37,078 bases of DNA. Source: an uncultured Victivallales bacterium (GTDB lineage Bacteria > Verrucomicrobiota > Lentisphaeria > Oligosphaerales > JAFGRS01). This document shows, one piece after another, positions 1 to 8,931 of the stretch. Location of the stretch: positions 1 to 37,078 of the forward strand of contig CAIZKT010000239.1 of assembly GCA_903933565.1 (NCBI GenBank). Reading direction: 5' to 3'. Every line of letters starts with the position of its first letter. The stretch's first letter is position 1. Made by a program: the position numbers and the translations under genes. The notes under the pieces were generated by a model. It was given only the letters and a program-made list of their open reading frames with translations, ran no database searches and had not been told where the DNA came from.

Positions 1-298
1 CTCCCGCCGGAAGTCTCCCCCAAGAGTCACGTGACCCGTTCTGCTCGCCGGAGGCGGAGACGATCGAAACAGAAGCCCCTACTGAACTGACCTGCGCCCC
101 CCAGGTTCGACGGGGCTCTGGCATTGGTATCAGAGCGCGGCGATATTGCCAAGCGGAGCGGTTGTCCGCGGCTCCCCGGTTGCGGCCGCTGGTCGGCGCG
201 ATAGGTGGTCGGCACTCGGCGGGAATGAGTGCCGACTGCGGAGAGGGTTTCGAGCCCGACCGCGACGCAGAGGCGTGATCCTGCAAGGAGGTGGTGAG

Positions 299-1591
299 AT
301 GGCCAGTGAGAAGAGCGCATTGCGTGCCGGCATTTCCCGGCGCTGCATCACCCCGATCCGACCGGTATTTCAGAGCGGCTACAGCCGCAGCGCCAAGTCT
401 GAAGGCGTGTACCAGCAGCTGTATGCCCGAGCCCTCATGCTCGAGGACCAGAGCGGGCGGCGCTTGGCGATCCTGACCGCGGAGCTGCTCGACTTCAGCG
501 ACTCGCTGGTGGCGAGCATCAAGGCCGGGGTCCAGGCGCGTCTCGGCCTGGCGGCGGATCAGGTTCTGCTGTCGGCCTCGCACACGCATTGCGGTCCGGT
601 GGTGGACGACCACATCAGCAACCTCTACCCCGAGGTCGACATGGAGTATGTGCAGTGGTTGGGCCGGACCTGCGTCGACGCCATCTGCGCCGCGGCCGAG
701 GAATTGCTGCCGGTGAGCGCCCAGTTCGCCACCGGCCGCGCCGCGTTCGGCATCAACCGTCGGCGGCCGGACTTGCCCGGGTGTCCCATGATGCCGAATC
801 CCAGCGGGCGCTGGGATCCCGAGGTCGGCGTGGTACGGCTGATTCGCGCCAGCGGCGAGACCTTGGCCGTGCTATTTTCGTACGCTTGTCACGCCACCGT
901 CATGGGTGGTCAGCTCATCGGCGGCGACTATCCAGGACAGGCGCAACTCAGTTTGGAGCAGGAGTTCCCCGGCGCCAACGCCATGTTCTTAGCCGGCTGT
1001 TTTGGTGACGTGCGGCCGCGCTTGATCAACGCCCAGGGCCGGTTCAAGGGCGGCACGCTGGACGACGTGCGGGCTCTGGGGCGGGAGATGGCCCTGGCGG
1101 TGATGGCGGCGCTGGCCGGCCCGGTGCAGGACATCACCGGGCCGTTGCGGTACGGGCTGGCCACGGTGGCACTGCCTTACCAGAAGGCGTTGACCGAGGC
1201 TGAGTTACGGGCCAAGGCTGGTGGGGGTGACAGCTCCGAAGCGCGCTGGGCCAAGGCGATGCTCGAGCGCCTACAGCGCGACGGGGCCTTGCCGACTACG
1301 CGGCCCAGCACTGTCCAGAGCCTGGGGATCGGGCCGTTTCGGCTGGTCGCCTTCAACGATGAGATGTGCCTGGGCTACCAGCTTGGGGTGAAGCAGGCGC
1401 TGGCGCCGACACCCGCGATCGTGGCGGGGTACTGCGGCTCGTCGCGCTCCTATGTGCCGACGGCGGACATGCTCCCCGAGGGCGGGTATGAGGCCTACAG
1501 CAACATCTGGGTCTACCTGGAGCCGGCGCCGCTGGCGGCGGAGACCGAGTCGATCTTGCTGGACGCGGCCCTGCGCCTGGCGCGGCAGTAG
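299..1591 (+). CDS. neutral/alkaline ceramidase-like hydrolase, no signal peptide (430 aa)
   Basis: Track ORF 146..1591. The internal ATG at 299 is preceded by AAGGAGGTGGTGAG. The N-terminus is MASEKSALRAGISRRCITP. The LSASHTHCGP block resembles the SHTHxGP block of the neutral ceramidase N-terminal domain family. GC3 is strongly elevated. Confidence 0.7.
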   Translation: MASEKSALRAGISRRCITPIRPVFQSGYSRSAKSEGVYQQLYARALMLEDQSGRRLAILTAELLDFSDSLVASIKAGVQARLGLAADQVLLSASHTHCGPVVDDHISNLYPEVDMEYVQWLGRTCVDAICAAAEELLPVSAQFATGRAAFGINRRRPDLPGCPMMPNPSGRWDPEVGVVRLIRASGETLAVLFSYACHATVMGGQLIGGDYPGQAQLSLEQEFPGANAMFLAGCFGDVRPRLINAQGRFKGGTLDDVRALGREMALAVMAALAGPVQDITGPLRYGLATVALPYQKALTEAELRAKAGGGDSSEARWAKAMLERLQRDGALPTTRPSTVQSLGIGPFRLVAFNDEMCLGYQLGVKQALAPTPAIVAGYCGSSRSYVPTADMLPEGGYEAYSNIWVYLEPAPLAAETESILLDAALRLARQ

Positions 1592-1716
1592 GGTCCTGCG
1601 AGGTGGCCTCAGTAGGGTGCGCGAAACCGGCTGACCCGCCGCAGCGGGCTCTACTACGTACGCGACGCATCGCAGCCTGGAAGTCTCAGTCCGGTATATC
1701 CGGCCACGGCCGGAGG

Positions 1717-1743
1717 CAACGCTGGAGAGGGTCTTCAGCGTTG
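1717..1743 (-). terminator. candidate hairpin between convergent genes (8-bp stem CAACGCTG/CAGCGTTG, 11-nt loop)
   Basis: Read directly from the sequence. It lies 6 nt downstream of the esterase stop at 1750 on the minus strand. No U-tract follows, so this is weak. Confidence 0.25.
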
Positions 1744-1749
1744 CGCCGC

Positions 1750-3960
1750 TCACCGTGGCGCGCGACGGACCAGAACCTGCAGCCTCGCACTCGCGTAACT
1801 GCTGGCGTTCTTGGCGAAGGTCCAATCAGGATGCGGGCCCACGGCGTTGCCGATGCCGAGGTCGGCGCCGCCTATGGTTTTCCAGTTGTTGTAGGCGAAG
1901 AGGGTCTGTTTGGCGGCAGGATTGTGAACCTGCATCGAGCCATGGCCATTGGGCACGTCGTCACTGATCGCATCAGCGAAATCGTAGGCGTTGTCGGAGG
2001 CCCCCTCGACCTTGGCCGCGTTGCCGGGCGCATAGTTGCAGGGCCAGAACTCGAGGTATCCAGCCAGGTTGTCGCCCGTCACGATGCCAGCGACGTTGCT
2101 GCGGACCTGCATGCCGGTCACCGCCTGTTGGAAGCGGGCTGCGGTAGCGAAGGCGGGCACGCCGATCTTGTCGGGATCGGGGCTGAAGGCGTCCAGGCTG
2201 ACAAAGACGAACTGCGGCTTCCCGTCGCCTTTCCGCAGGATCAGAAAGTAGGCCACGCGGTCAAAGGCGCCGGTGATGTCCTGGCGGCGATCGACGCTGT
2301 AGACGACGCGGTCGTTGACGTAGGTGATGTTGGGCAGATCGACGCTGTAGAGCAGGGCGTACTCTTTGGCCTCGGGCACATTGGCGTCCAGGTCGGCACG
2401 AACCGGGATTTCGCCAGCGCGGCAGGCGCTGGCCGGGAGGTCGGCCTGGTTGGTCAGATTGGGCGTGGCCAGTTTGTCCCAGGCGAACCGCATGGCGACC
2501 GGGCTCTTGACCGCCGGCGAGGAGAGCACGACCGCGGTGCCGTCGAGCCCCGCCGTTGCCTTGACGAAGAGCCCATTCTCGCCGATGATCTCGAACCCGT
2601 CCGGAGCCTTGTCGTCGCGCGTCTTGAGGCCGCCCTCGGCCTGATCGAAGATGACGCGCAGGGTTCCGGGTCCGACCGTCATCTCGCGGAATAGCGGGCC
2701 CCGGCAGATGGTGTCCTGGCGGCCGTAGGTCTCATGCAGGGCAAGGAGGGCGAGGCGGCGACCGACTTCCTGCTTGTTCTTGGGGTGGATGTCCTTGACG
2801 TCGCCGACGTCATGGATGACGGCCATGCCGGTGTGCGGAATGACCTTCTCGATGGCGGCCTGGGCTTCCCAGAATGTGGGCAGGCGCTGCGGATCCTCCT
2901 CGCCGTAGGGCCAGGGCGCAATCTGCACGTAGTAGTACGGCAGGTCGGGCTTGTTCCACACCGTGCGCCAGCCCTGGACCAGCGCCTTGGTCTTCTCGAC
3001 GTAGGCCATGCCATCCCCGTGGTTGGACTCGCCCTGGTACCAGATGGCGCCGCGGATGCCGTAGGGCACCAGCGGCGCGATCATAGCGTTGTACATGGCG
3101 GTGGGATCTCCGTTGCCGGACAGTGGCGCCAGTTCAGGCGGCATGGCGGGAGGCGCGCCGATGACGGTTTCCCGCTGGAGGGCCTGCTGCGCGTCGCCGA
3201 GCCAGGCAGCCGTGGCGGCCAGGAAGTCGGCTGCCGCCTTCTGGTGCGCTGCGGTATCGAGGGTGCCGATCTCGACGCGCCGACTCAGCTCCGGCAGCGT
3301 GGTGATCTGACGAAAGCCCTCCGGCGGCGCCCACGGTTCGAGCCGTGAGCCGCCCCAGGAGGAATCGATCAGGCCAATGGGGACATTCAGCGTGCGGCGC
3401 AATTCGCGGCCGAAGTAGTAGGCGCAGGCGCTGAAGCCGCCCCAAGTGCCCTGCTTGGCCACCGTCTCCGGGGTGCAGCGCACCCAGGTGCCGACGAAGT
3501 CCTTCTGCGGCGCCGGATTCGTCACCTTCGGGACATCGATCAGACGGATATCGGGCTCGTCCGCGGCGGCGACCTCCTTTTCGGCGTCGAGACAGATGGA
3601 AATCCCCATCTCCATGTTGGACTGTCCCGAGCACAGCCAGACCTCGCCAACCGCCACATCTTCGAAGCTCAGCGTGTTCTTGCCGGTCACGGTCATGGTC
3701 AGGTCCCGCGCCACCGCCGTGGCGGGCAGTGCGACGCGCCAGTTGCCCTGAGCGTCTGCGGTCGCCTGGGCCGCGCTTTGACCGAGCTTGACCGTGACCG
3801 CCTCTCCGGGTTCCGCCTGGCCCCAGACGGTGATCGGTTCGCCTTGTTGCAGGACCATGTGGCTGCCAAAGATGGCGGGCAACTTGACGTCGGCACGGAG
3901 CAGCGCGCCGATCGAGAGCAGAGCCAGGGTTGCACACGCAGTTGCACGACGGGTGTTCAT
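1750..3960 (-). CDS. sialate O-acetylesterase-like carbohydrate esterase (SASA/DUF303-type) with an extra C-terminal domain of about 217 aa; secreted
   Basis: Track ORF 1750..4008. The ATG at 3960 gives the signal peptide MNTRRATACATLALLSIGALLRA, with GGAGGA about 10 nt upstream. GEVWLCSGQSNME is the nucleophile block of sialic-acid-specific acetylesterases. The IWYQGESN block is also present. Confidence 0.85.
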   Translation of the reverse strand: MNTRRATACATLALLSIGALLRADVKLPAIFGSHMVLQQGEPITVWGQAEPGEAVTVKLGQSAAQATADAQGNWRVALPATAVARDLTMTVTGKNTLSFEDVAVGEVWLCSGQSNMEMGISICLDAEKEVAAADEPDIRLIDVPKVTNPAPQKDFVGTWVRCTPETVAKQGTWGGFSACAYYFGRELRRTLNVPIGLIDSSWGGSRLEPWAPPEGFRQITTLPELSRRVEIGTLDTAAHQKAAADFLAATAAWLGDAQQALQRETVIGAPPAMPPELAPLSGNGDPTAMYNAMIAPLVPYGIRGAIWYQGESNHGDGMAYVEKTKALVQGWRTVWNKPDLPYYYVQIAPWPYGEEDPQRLPTFWEAQAAIEKVIPHTGMAVIHDVGDVKDIHPKNKQEVGRRLALLALHETYGRQDTICRGPLFREMTVGPGTLRVIFDQAEGGLKTRDDKAPDGFEIIGENGLFVKATAGLDGTAVVLSSPAVKSPVAMRFAWDKLATPNLTNQADLPASACRAGEIPVRADLDANVPEAKEYALLYSVDLPNITYVNDRVVYSVDRRQDITGAFDRVAYFLILRKGDGKPQFVFVSLDAFSPDPDKIGVPAFATAARFQQAVTGMQVRSNVAGIVTGDNLAGYLEFWPCNYAPGNAAKVEGASDNAYDFADAISDDVPNGHGSMQVHNPAAKQTLFAYNNWKTIGGADLGIGNAVGPHPDWTFAKNASSYASARLQVLVRRAPR

Positions 3961-4004
3961 TTCAGGCATTCCTCCGACGGGGTCTCGTAGACGCGGCGGC
4001 GTCC

Positions 4005-5327
4005 TCAATCCAGGTTTGGCAGATACGCGCCGCTGGCTTGCAGACGCTGGAGCAGTTCGCGGACCGGGAAGCCGCGGCTGTCGGTGTTCTTTTCAATCGC
4101 GATACTGGCGGCCATGCCGGCGGCCTGGCCGGTGATGTAGCAACCCGGCATGACCCGGATCGAGCCTTGGATGGCGCGGTCGGAACTGATGCAGCGGCCG
4201 GCGACGAGCAGGTTATCGAGCCCGCGTGGCGTCAGCACCCGGTACGGGATGCCGTAGCTCTCGCCCTTGCCATAGCGCAAGGTCTCGCGGAACTCCTTCT
4301 CGAAGCGCGCATAGTGCTCGGGATCGGGCTTCGAAGGGTGAATGTCCACCGGGTAGCAGTAGCGGCCGATCTCGTCGGGAAATACGGCCCGCGTCTTGAA
4401 GTCGTCCACGTTCAGGACGTAGTCGCCCAGGATGCGGCGACTCTCCCGTACGCCCATGAGCGACCCGGAGCCCACCAGTTCGAGGTTCTGAAAGCCCGGG
4501 ACATAAGTGCGGTAGAAGCTCTCGAACTCAGGCAGCCGCGCGCGGGCCTCGATGAAGTGCTTGGTGAGGGAGCGTTCGTCGGTGGAATCCAGGCCGAAGG
4601 CATGGCCGATATTGCCGCCGGTAACATGTCGGCCGACTGGCCACATGCCGGGGTGATGCGGGTCCTTGACGGTGAAATGTCCGTCTTTGAAGGCCTGGTA
4701 GAGCAGTTCCTGGACATGCACTCCCGCGGCCCGCCAGGCGGCCACGTCCACGTCCGCCCACAGGCTGCAGAGCGTGCCGGGCATGAGGTTACCGCCGGCG
4801 TCGCCCTTCTCGAACGGTGCGCCAGCCCAGGCCGCCAGGTCGCCGTCACCGCTGCCATCGATAAACATCCGAGCGCGAACCGCGAACAGGCCGCTCTTGC
4901 CCCAGCAGATGGCTTGCTCGACGTGGCCGGCCTGTGCCATCACGTCCAGCACCGTGGTCTGGAACGAGAACTGCACGCCCGCAGCCACCATCAGGCGGTC
5001 GTAGACGCGCTTGAGCAACTCAGCGGGTATGGAGTTGTCGGGGAGCGCGGAGTTGGCGCCCTTCTCCGCGGTCAGGGCAGTGAGTACCTCGCGGCCGATG
5101 CCGTCCGCCAGAAAGTTCACCCCGTCGGAGAAGGCCATGAACACCGGCACCATTGCCGCCGTGCCCATGCCGCCGAAGCAGGTGTGCGCTTCGGCCAAAA
5201 AGACGCTGCGGCCCTGGCGCGCCGCGGTCAGGGCCGCGGCCACCCCGGCGGGACCACCGCCGGCGATGAAGATGTCGACCTCGTGTCGGAGCGGGATGGA
5301 GCGCGTGTAGGCGATCTGTTCAGCCAT
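4005..5327 (-). CDS. FAD-dependent oxidoreductase (FAD_oxidored family), 440 aa
   Basis: Track ORF 4005..5555. The ATG at 5327 starts MAEQIAYTRS. The dinucleotide-binding motif is DIFIAGGGPAGVAAALTAARQG. The stop lies 45 nt upstream of the esterase start on the same strand, so the two are probably co-transcribed. Confidence 0.85.
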   Translation of the reverse strand: MAEQIAYTRSIPLRHEVDIFIAGGGPAGVAAALTAARQGRSVFLAEAHTCFGGMGTAAMVPVFMAFSDGVNFLADGIGREVLTALTAEKGANSALPDNSIPAELLKRVYDRLMVAAGVQFSFQTTVLDVMAQAGHVEQAICWGKSGLFAVRARMFIDGSGDGDLAAWAGAPFEKGDAGGNLMPGTLCSLWADVDVAAWRAAGVHVQELLYQAFKDGHFTVKDPHHPGMWPVGRHVTGGNIGHAFGLDSTDERSLTKHFIEARARLPEFESFYRTYVPGFQNLELVGSGSLMGVRESRRILGDYVLNVDDFKTRAVFPDEIGRYCYPVDIHPSKPDPEHYARFEKEFRETLRYGKGESYGIPYRVLTPRGLDNLLVAGRCISSDRAIQGSIRVMPGCYITGQAAGMAASIAIEKNTDSRGFPVRELLQRLQASGAYLPNLD

Positions 5328-5556
5328 AGGGACCTCGATCAAGGTTTGACCACGGAGTTGTGTGCCGAGCCTGGACTCCTGCCGCAACCTGTTCGCAGAG
5401 GCCCGGTTTAGGCCTGCCCCAGTCCACCCCGTTAATGTACCCGGTATCGGTGGGTCCGCCAGGGTCCTGCCGTCGGGCGCCCGGCAGCGCCCCCGCGAAG
5501 GGTCGGCAGACGGACCGCAGCCCGCGGACACCGCAAAAAAAGCGCCCCTGTCCACG

Positions 5557-5584
5557 TTGACATAACGGCTGCAATGAATATCGT
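5557..5584 (+). promoter_or_regulatory. candidate sigma-70-type promoter (TTGACA, 16 nt spacer, TATCGT)
   Basis: A perfect -35 hexamer sits at 5557..5562 and a 4/6 -10 match at 5579..5584, inside a locally AT-richer patch of the divergent intergenic region. Promoter rules for this lineage are unknown. Confidence 0.35.
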
Positions 5585-5661
5585 TGCGTGCGTGTTCCGC
5601 AGCGGTAAGCTACTTCTGCAATCCGCCGTTCCCGGGCACGCAGCCCGTTAGGAGATTCGGT

Positions 5662-7698
5662 TTGATCAGGTCATTGGGCAGTCTGGGCGAGTTGTTTCCG
5701 GACAAGGATTTGTGCTGTCGCATCCGCGGCTGCAACAACGTGTGGCGTTTCTCGGGCGAAGATGCCCTGCGCAACGTGGCACGCGGCAAGACGGCTCGCC
5801 CTGAACGAATGTGCGACGAGTGTTTCGAGCTTTTCCAGAGGCTCGAAGACAAAGAGGTCAAGTGTTCGCGGGCCGAGTGCGGCAAGACTTGGCCATGGAA
5901 TCGCTTCCAGCAACTGGAGGCCGTGCGTCAGGGGCGTGGCGACACGCCGCCAAGCAACCTCTGTCGCGACTGCGTGCAAGCACTCCGTGATATCGGCGAT
6001 CTGCAAGTTCCCTGCCGCATGAAGGGCTGCCAGAACACCTGGACGTGGTACGCCCGCGAGCGGCTGCTTGGCGAGGCCGAGAAGCCGCCGCGGCGGCTCT
6101 GTGGGGACTGCTTTACGAAGCTCAACGAACTCCAGGACGCGGCGGTCCCCTGCCGCCTGCGCGGTTGTACCAACACGTGGAGCTGGAACCGCTTCCAACA
6201 GCTTGAACACCTGCTCGGCGGCAAGACCGTGGACAAGCCGGCGCGCAAGATGTGCGACTCCTGCTATAAGGCGTTTCAGGAGTTGCAGGATCAGCAGGTG
6301 CCCTGCAAGTCCAAGGACTGCAGCAACACCTGGACTTACACCGCCTACGAACAGCTTGAGCACCGCCTGAGCGAAGGCGAGAACCCACCGGTTCCCGAGC
6401 GCCTCTGCCCGGACTGCTTCACCTTCTGCCGGACGGCCGTGGATCAGGAGATCCCGTGCCGCAATCGCGGTTGCCACCACACCTGGACCTATAGCCGCAT
6501 GATGCAGTTGCGCATGAAGCTGAAGGGCCTGCAACGTCCCCCGGCACGCACTTGCGACTCCTGTCAGGGGCGTCTTTCCGTGCTCCAGGACCGCGAGGTG
6601 AAATGCGTGATTCCGGGGTGTGTCCGCACTTGGACGTACAGCGCTCCCGACCAGTTGCGGGATGAGTTGACCGGCCGGATCGAAGCCCCCGGTCGGCGCT
6701 GCAAAGAGTGCGAGGCGTTCCTTGCTGAACACCAGTCGGTCACCTTGTCCTGCGAGCATTGCCACCAGAGCATCCCGTGGTCGGGGTACGAGCAGCTTAT
6801 GTGCGAACTGGGCACGTTCAAGAAGCCCACCAAATGCACCAGTTGCGTCGAGCAGTTACTGGCTATGGGCCGGACGCGTGAACCCGAACGGCTCGAACAC
6901 CACCTCATCATCCGCGTGCCCAGCGCCGGCCGCTGGCACGAAGACGAGTTGATCCGCGAACGCCCGGCGCGCATGGGCCACGACATCCTGGAACGCATGG
7001 AGCGGGCCGCGATACGCGTGGTCTGCATCGGCGATGAACTGACCTATTCGCTGGACGACGAGGACCTCAGTTGGCCGTCCCTGTTGCAGCAGCGTCTGTG
7101 TGAGCTGTACGGTCAGGACCGCGTGGCCGTGTTGAACGCGGGGATAGCGTTCTGCACCACCGCCCAGGGGGTGGTACGCTTTCCGCGCGACGTCGTGCCG
7201 TTCCAGCCCCATCTGGTGGTGTTCTCCTTCTCGCTGGCCGATGCCAGGCTGTATCATCACCGTGAGGAGCAGGCCTGGCGCGCCGAGCTCTCCCCCGAGG
7301 CGATGATGGCCGCGTTCGAGCGCTTTGCCGAGTGCTTGAAACGCCTGTCCGGTAAGGCGTTGTACTGGACGCCTAATCCCATCTTCCCGACGGATGAGGG
7401 AAGCGGTGAGGCCACGCGATCAGCGGAAAACCGCGGTCACAGCTCCTGGGCCAACGCCCAGAGCGCCGCCCTTGACCAGGCCCTGCGCGTGGCGCACCAG
7501 TGCTGCAGTCGCTATGGCATCCCCGGGTTGGACGTCCGGGCCCGGTTTGAGGTAAATGGCGCGAAGAGCGCGCGGAAGTGGATGGGGAGCTGGTATCAGC
7601 ACAACGATGTGGGCGCCCGGAATATTGCCACGTGGTTGGCCGAGCACGTGGTCCACGAAGGGTTGATTCCGCCCCCTACCGCCAGGCCGCCAGAGTGA
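5662..7698 (+). CDS. cytoplasmic protein with eight tandem four-Cys zinc-ribbon repeats fused to a C-terminal SGNH/GDSL-like domain (678 aa from TTG 5662)
   Basis: Track ORF 5584..7698. The TTG at 5662 has AGGAG 7 nt upstream. The TTG at 5584 overlaps the putative -10 and has no SD. No signal peptide or TM segment is present. The repeats and the SGNH-like blocks are described under findings. Confidence 0.8.
   Translation: MIRSLGSLGELFPDKDLCCRIRGCNNVWRFSGEDALRNVARGKTARPERMCDECFELFQRLEDKEVKCSRAECGKTWPWNRFQQLEAVRQGRGDTPPSNLCRDCVQALRDIGDLQVPCRMKGCQNTWTWYARERLLGEAEKPPRRLCGDCFTKLNELQDAAVPCRLRGCTNTWSWNRFQQLEHLLGGKTVDKPARKMCDSCYKAFQELQDQQVPCKSKDCSNTWTYTAYEQLEHRLSEGENPPVPERLCPDCFTFCRTAVDQEIPCRNRGCHHTWTYSRMMQLRMKLKGLQRPPARTCDSCQGRLSVLQDREVKCVIPGCVRTWTYSAPDQLRDELTGRIEAPGRRCKECEAFLAEHQSVTLSCEHCHQSIPWSGYEQLMCELGTFKKPTKCTSCVEQLLAMGRTREPERLEHHLIIRVPSAGRWHEDELIRERPARMGHDILERMERAAIRVVCIGDELTYSLDDEDLSWPSLLQQRLCELYGQDRVAVLNAGIAFCTTAQGVVRFPRDVVPFQPHLVVFSFSLADARLYHHREEQAWRAELSPEAMMAAFERFAECLKRLSGKALYWTPNPIFPTDEGSGEATRSAENRGHSSWANAQSAALDQALRVAHQCCSRYGIPGLDVRARFEVNGAKSARKWMGSWYQHNDVGARNIATWLAEHVVHEGLIPPPTARPPE
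5716..6846 (+). repeat. protein-level tandem array: 8 repeats of about 47-50 aa, pattern C-x4-C-x3-W-x-(W/Y)...QL...P-x-R-x-C-x2-C
   Basis: First Cys pairs: CRIRGC, CSRAEC, CRMKGC, CRLRGC, CKSKDC, CRNRGC, CVIPGC, CEHC. Second Cys pairs: CDEC, CRDC, CGDC, CDSC, CPDC, CDSC, CKEC, CTSC. Aromatic blocks: VWRF, TWPW, TWTW, TWSW, TWTY (three times), IPWS. The copies are diverged at DNA level. Confidence 0.8.
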
Positions 7699-7759
7699 AT
7701 TGGCGACGCCGGGGCGGGCGCGGTTGACGCAACCTGGTGGAATCCGTGGGCGAGAGGGT

Positions 7760-7788
7760 TTGTAACCACGGGTTTCGACCGATACATT
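7760..7788 (+). promoter_or_regulatory. candidate promoter upstream of pal (TTGTAA, 17 nt spacer, TACATT)
   Basis: Hexamers read by eye, each 4/6 to consensus, about 57 nt upstream of the pal ATG. Confidence 0.25.
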
Positions 7789-7844
7789 TGCGCACGGTTT
7801 TGCGACAGTGTGGGTAAGCGGATGAAGGACGAGGACACACCAGC

Positions 7845-8468
7845 ATGAGTAAGAGAGTCTGGTCAGTCGTGCTTGCGGCGGTGCTTGTGGCAACGGTTCT
7901 GACGGGCTGCTCCCGCAAGCCAAAACTGGACTTGAGCGGGTTACGCAACCCCCCGGCTGGCAGCGGTGAAGGGGTCGCGGGAGGGACGTTCAGCCCGCTG
8001 GACGGTATGGCGGGCGGCGCCGGTGCTTTCGGTGCGGGGACCGGCGCGGATGGCGCCTGGGCCGGCATGGATAAGCCCTTGGGTGGCGGCGGCGGCAGCA
8101 GCAATATCAATGCGATCAACGAGCCTTGGGCTCAAGTGGTGGTCTATTTCGCTTTCGACAGTGCCACGCTCGGCGACTCCGAGATGCCCAAGCTGGAGAC
8201 GTTGGCCGGGCATCTGCGTGAGCATGCGGACTACATCACGGTGGTCGAGGGGCATTGCGACGAGCGCGGCAGCGACGAGTACAATCGGGCGCTGGGCGAA
8301 AACCGCGCCCTGGTCGTGCGTGACCACCTGATCAGTCTTGGCATTGAAGCGGCGCGCCTCGAGACGGTCAGCTATGGCGAAGAGAAGCCGGCCGTCCCCG
8401 GCGCCACCAGCGAGTCGCAGCACGCCAAGAACCGCCGCGCGCAGTTTGTGATTGGCACCCGGAAGTAA
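7845..8468 (+). CDS. pal: peptidoglycan-associated lipoprotein (Pal / OmpA-family)
   Basis: Lipoprotein signal MSKRVWSVVLAAVLVATVLTGC with lipobox LTGC, followed by a Gly-rich linker. The OmpA-like C-terminal domain reads VYFAFDSATL...GHCDERGSDEYNRALGENRA...NRRAQFV. Confidence 0.9.
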   Translation: MSKRVWSVVLAAVLVATVLTGCSRKPKLDLSGLRNPPAGSGEGVAGGTFSPLDGMAGGAGAFGAGTGADGAWAGMDKPLGGGGGSSNINAINEPWAQVVVYFAFDSATLGDSEMPKLETLAGHLREHADYITVVEGHCDERGSDEYNRALGENRALVVRDHLISLGIEAARLETVSYGEEKPAVPGATSESQHAKNRRAQFVIGTRK

Positions 8469-8473
8469 CGCCG

Positions 8474-8896
8474 TTGATCGACGTCTGTGCGGCTGTCATC
8501 CGCCGGGGAACACGCCTTCTCCTGGCCACGCGACCCCCAGGGAGTCGCCTGGCGGGAATGTGGGAGTTCCCCGGCGGTAAGGTGTCTGGGGGGGAGAGCC
8601 TGGTCGGTTGTATTCGTCGTGAGATCGCCGAAGAACTGGGACTCGAACTCCTCTCCGCGGTGCAGATCGACACGGTTGAGCACGCCGCCCAGCCGTCCGC
8701 AATCCGCCTGCACTTCATGGAATGCCGGATTGCGCCGAACGCTGAGCCGGTCTGCCATGAGGGTCAGCAAGCGGCCTGGTTCACCCCAGAGGAACTCGCG
8801 GCTCTGGACCTCCTCCCGGCCGACCGTCTCTTTGCCTCCCGTCTGCTGCCGGGATGCGTCGCCGCCACGGCAACCGTCCTCAAGCCGTCGGCTTGA
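8474..8896 (+). CDS. NUDIX hydrolase, MutT-like (deoxy)nucleoside triphosphate pyrophosphohydrolase
   Basis: Complete Nudix box G-x5-E-x7-REUxEExGU, read as GKVSGGESLVGCIRREIAEELGL. TTG start 5 nt after the pal stop. 140 aa. Confidence 0.85.
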   Translation: MIDVCAAVIRRGTRLLLATRPPGSRLAGMWEFPGGKVSGGESLVGCIRREIAEELGLELLSAVQIDTVEHAAQPSAIRLHFMECRIAPNAEPVCHEGQQAAWFTPEELAALDLLPADRLFASRLLPGCVAATATVLKPSA

Positions 8897-8931
8897 TCCC
8901 CAGGGCGACGCCGTCCGCCTCGTCCGCCGCT

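Noticed and set aside
1-278. Plus-strand frame 3 is open from the window edge to the TGA at 276..278, possibly the 3' end of an upstream gene
   Set aside because: Third-position GC is clearly lower than in the confident genes, and the translation has no recognisable features. I cannot support a call.
285-301. Near-identical 15-mers GG(A/G)GGTGGTG(A/T)GATG at three gene starts (299, 20446, 19484) as a possible special regulatory element
   Set aside because: This is most simply an extended Shine-Dalgarno (GGAGGTG pairs with the 16S rRNA tail) placed at optimal spacing. I use it as start-codon evidence only.
5584-5661. TTG at 5584 as start of the zinc-ribbon protein
   Set aside because: It has no SD, it overlaps the candidate -10 hexamer, and the encoded extension (MRACSAAVSYFCNPPFPGTQPVRRFG) is not conserved-looking. 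The TTG at 5662, with AGGAG upstream, is preferred.
5671-6765. 364-aa minus-strand ORF
   Set aside because: It is antisense to the zinc-ribbon repeat gene. The plus-strand product has a regular Cys repeat pattern and good GC3, and the minus-strand product has neither.
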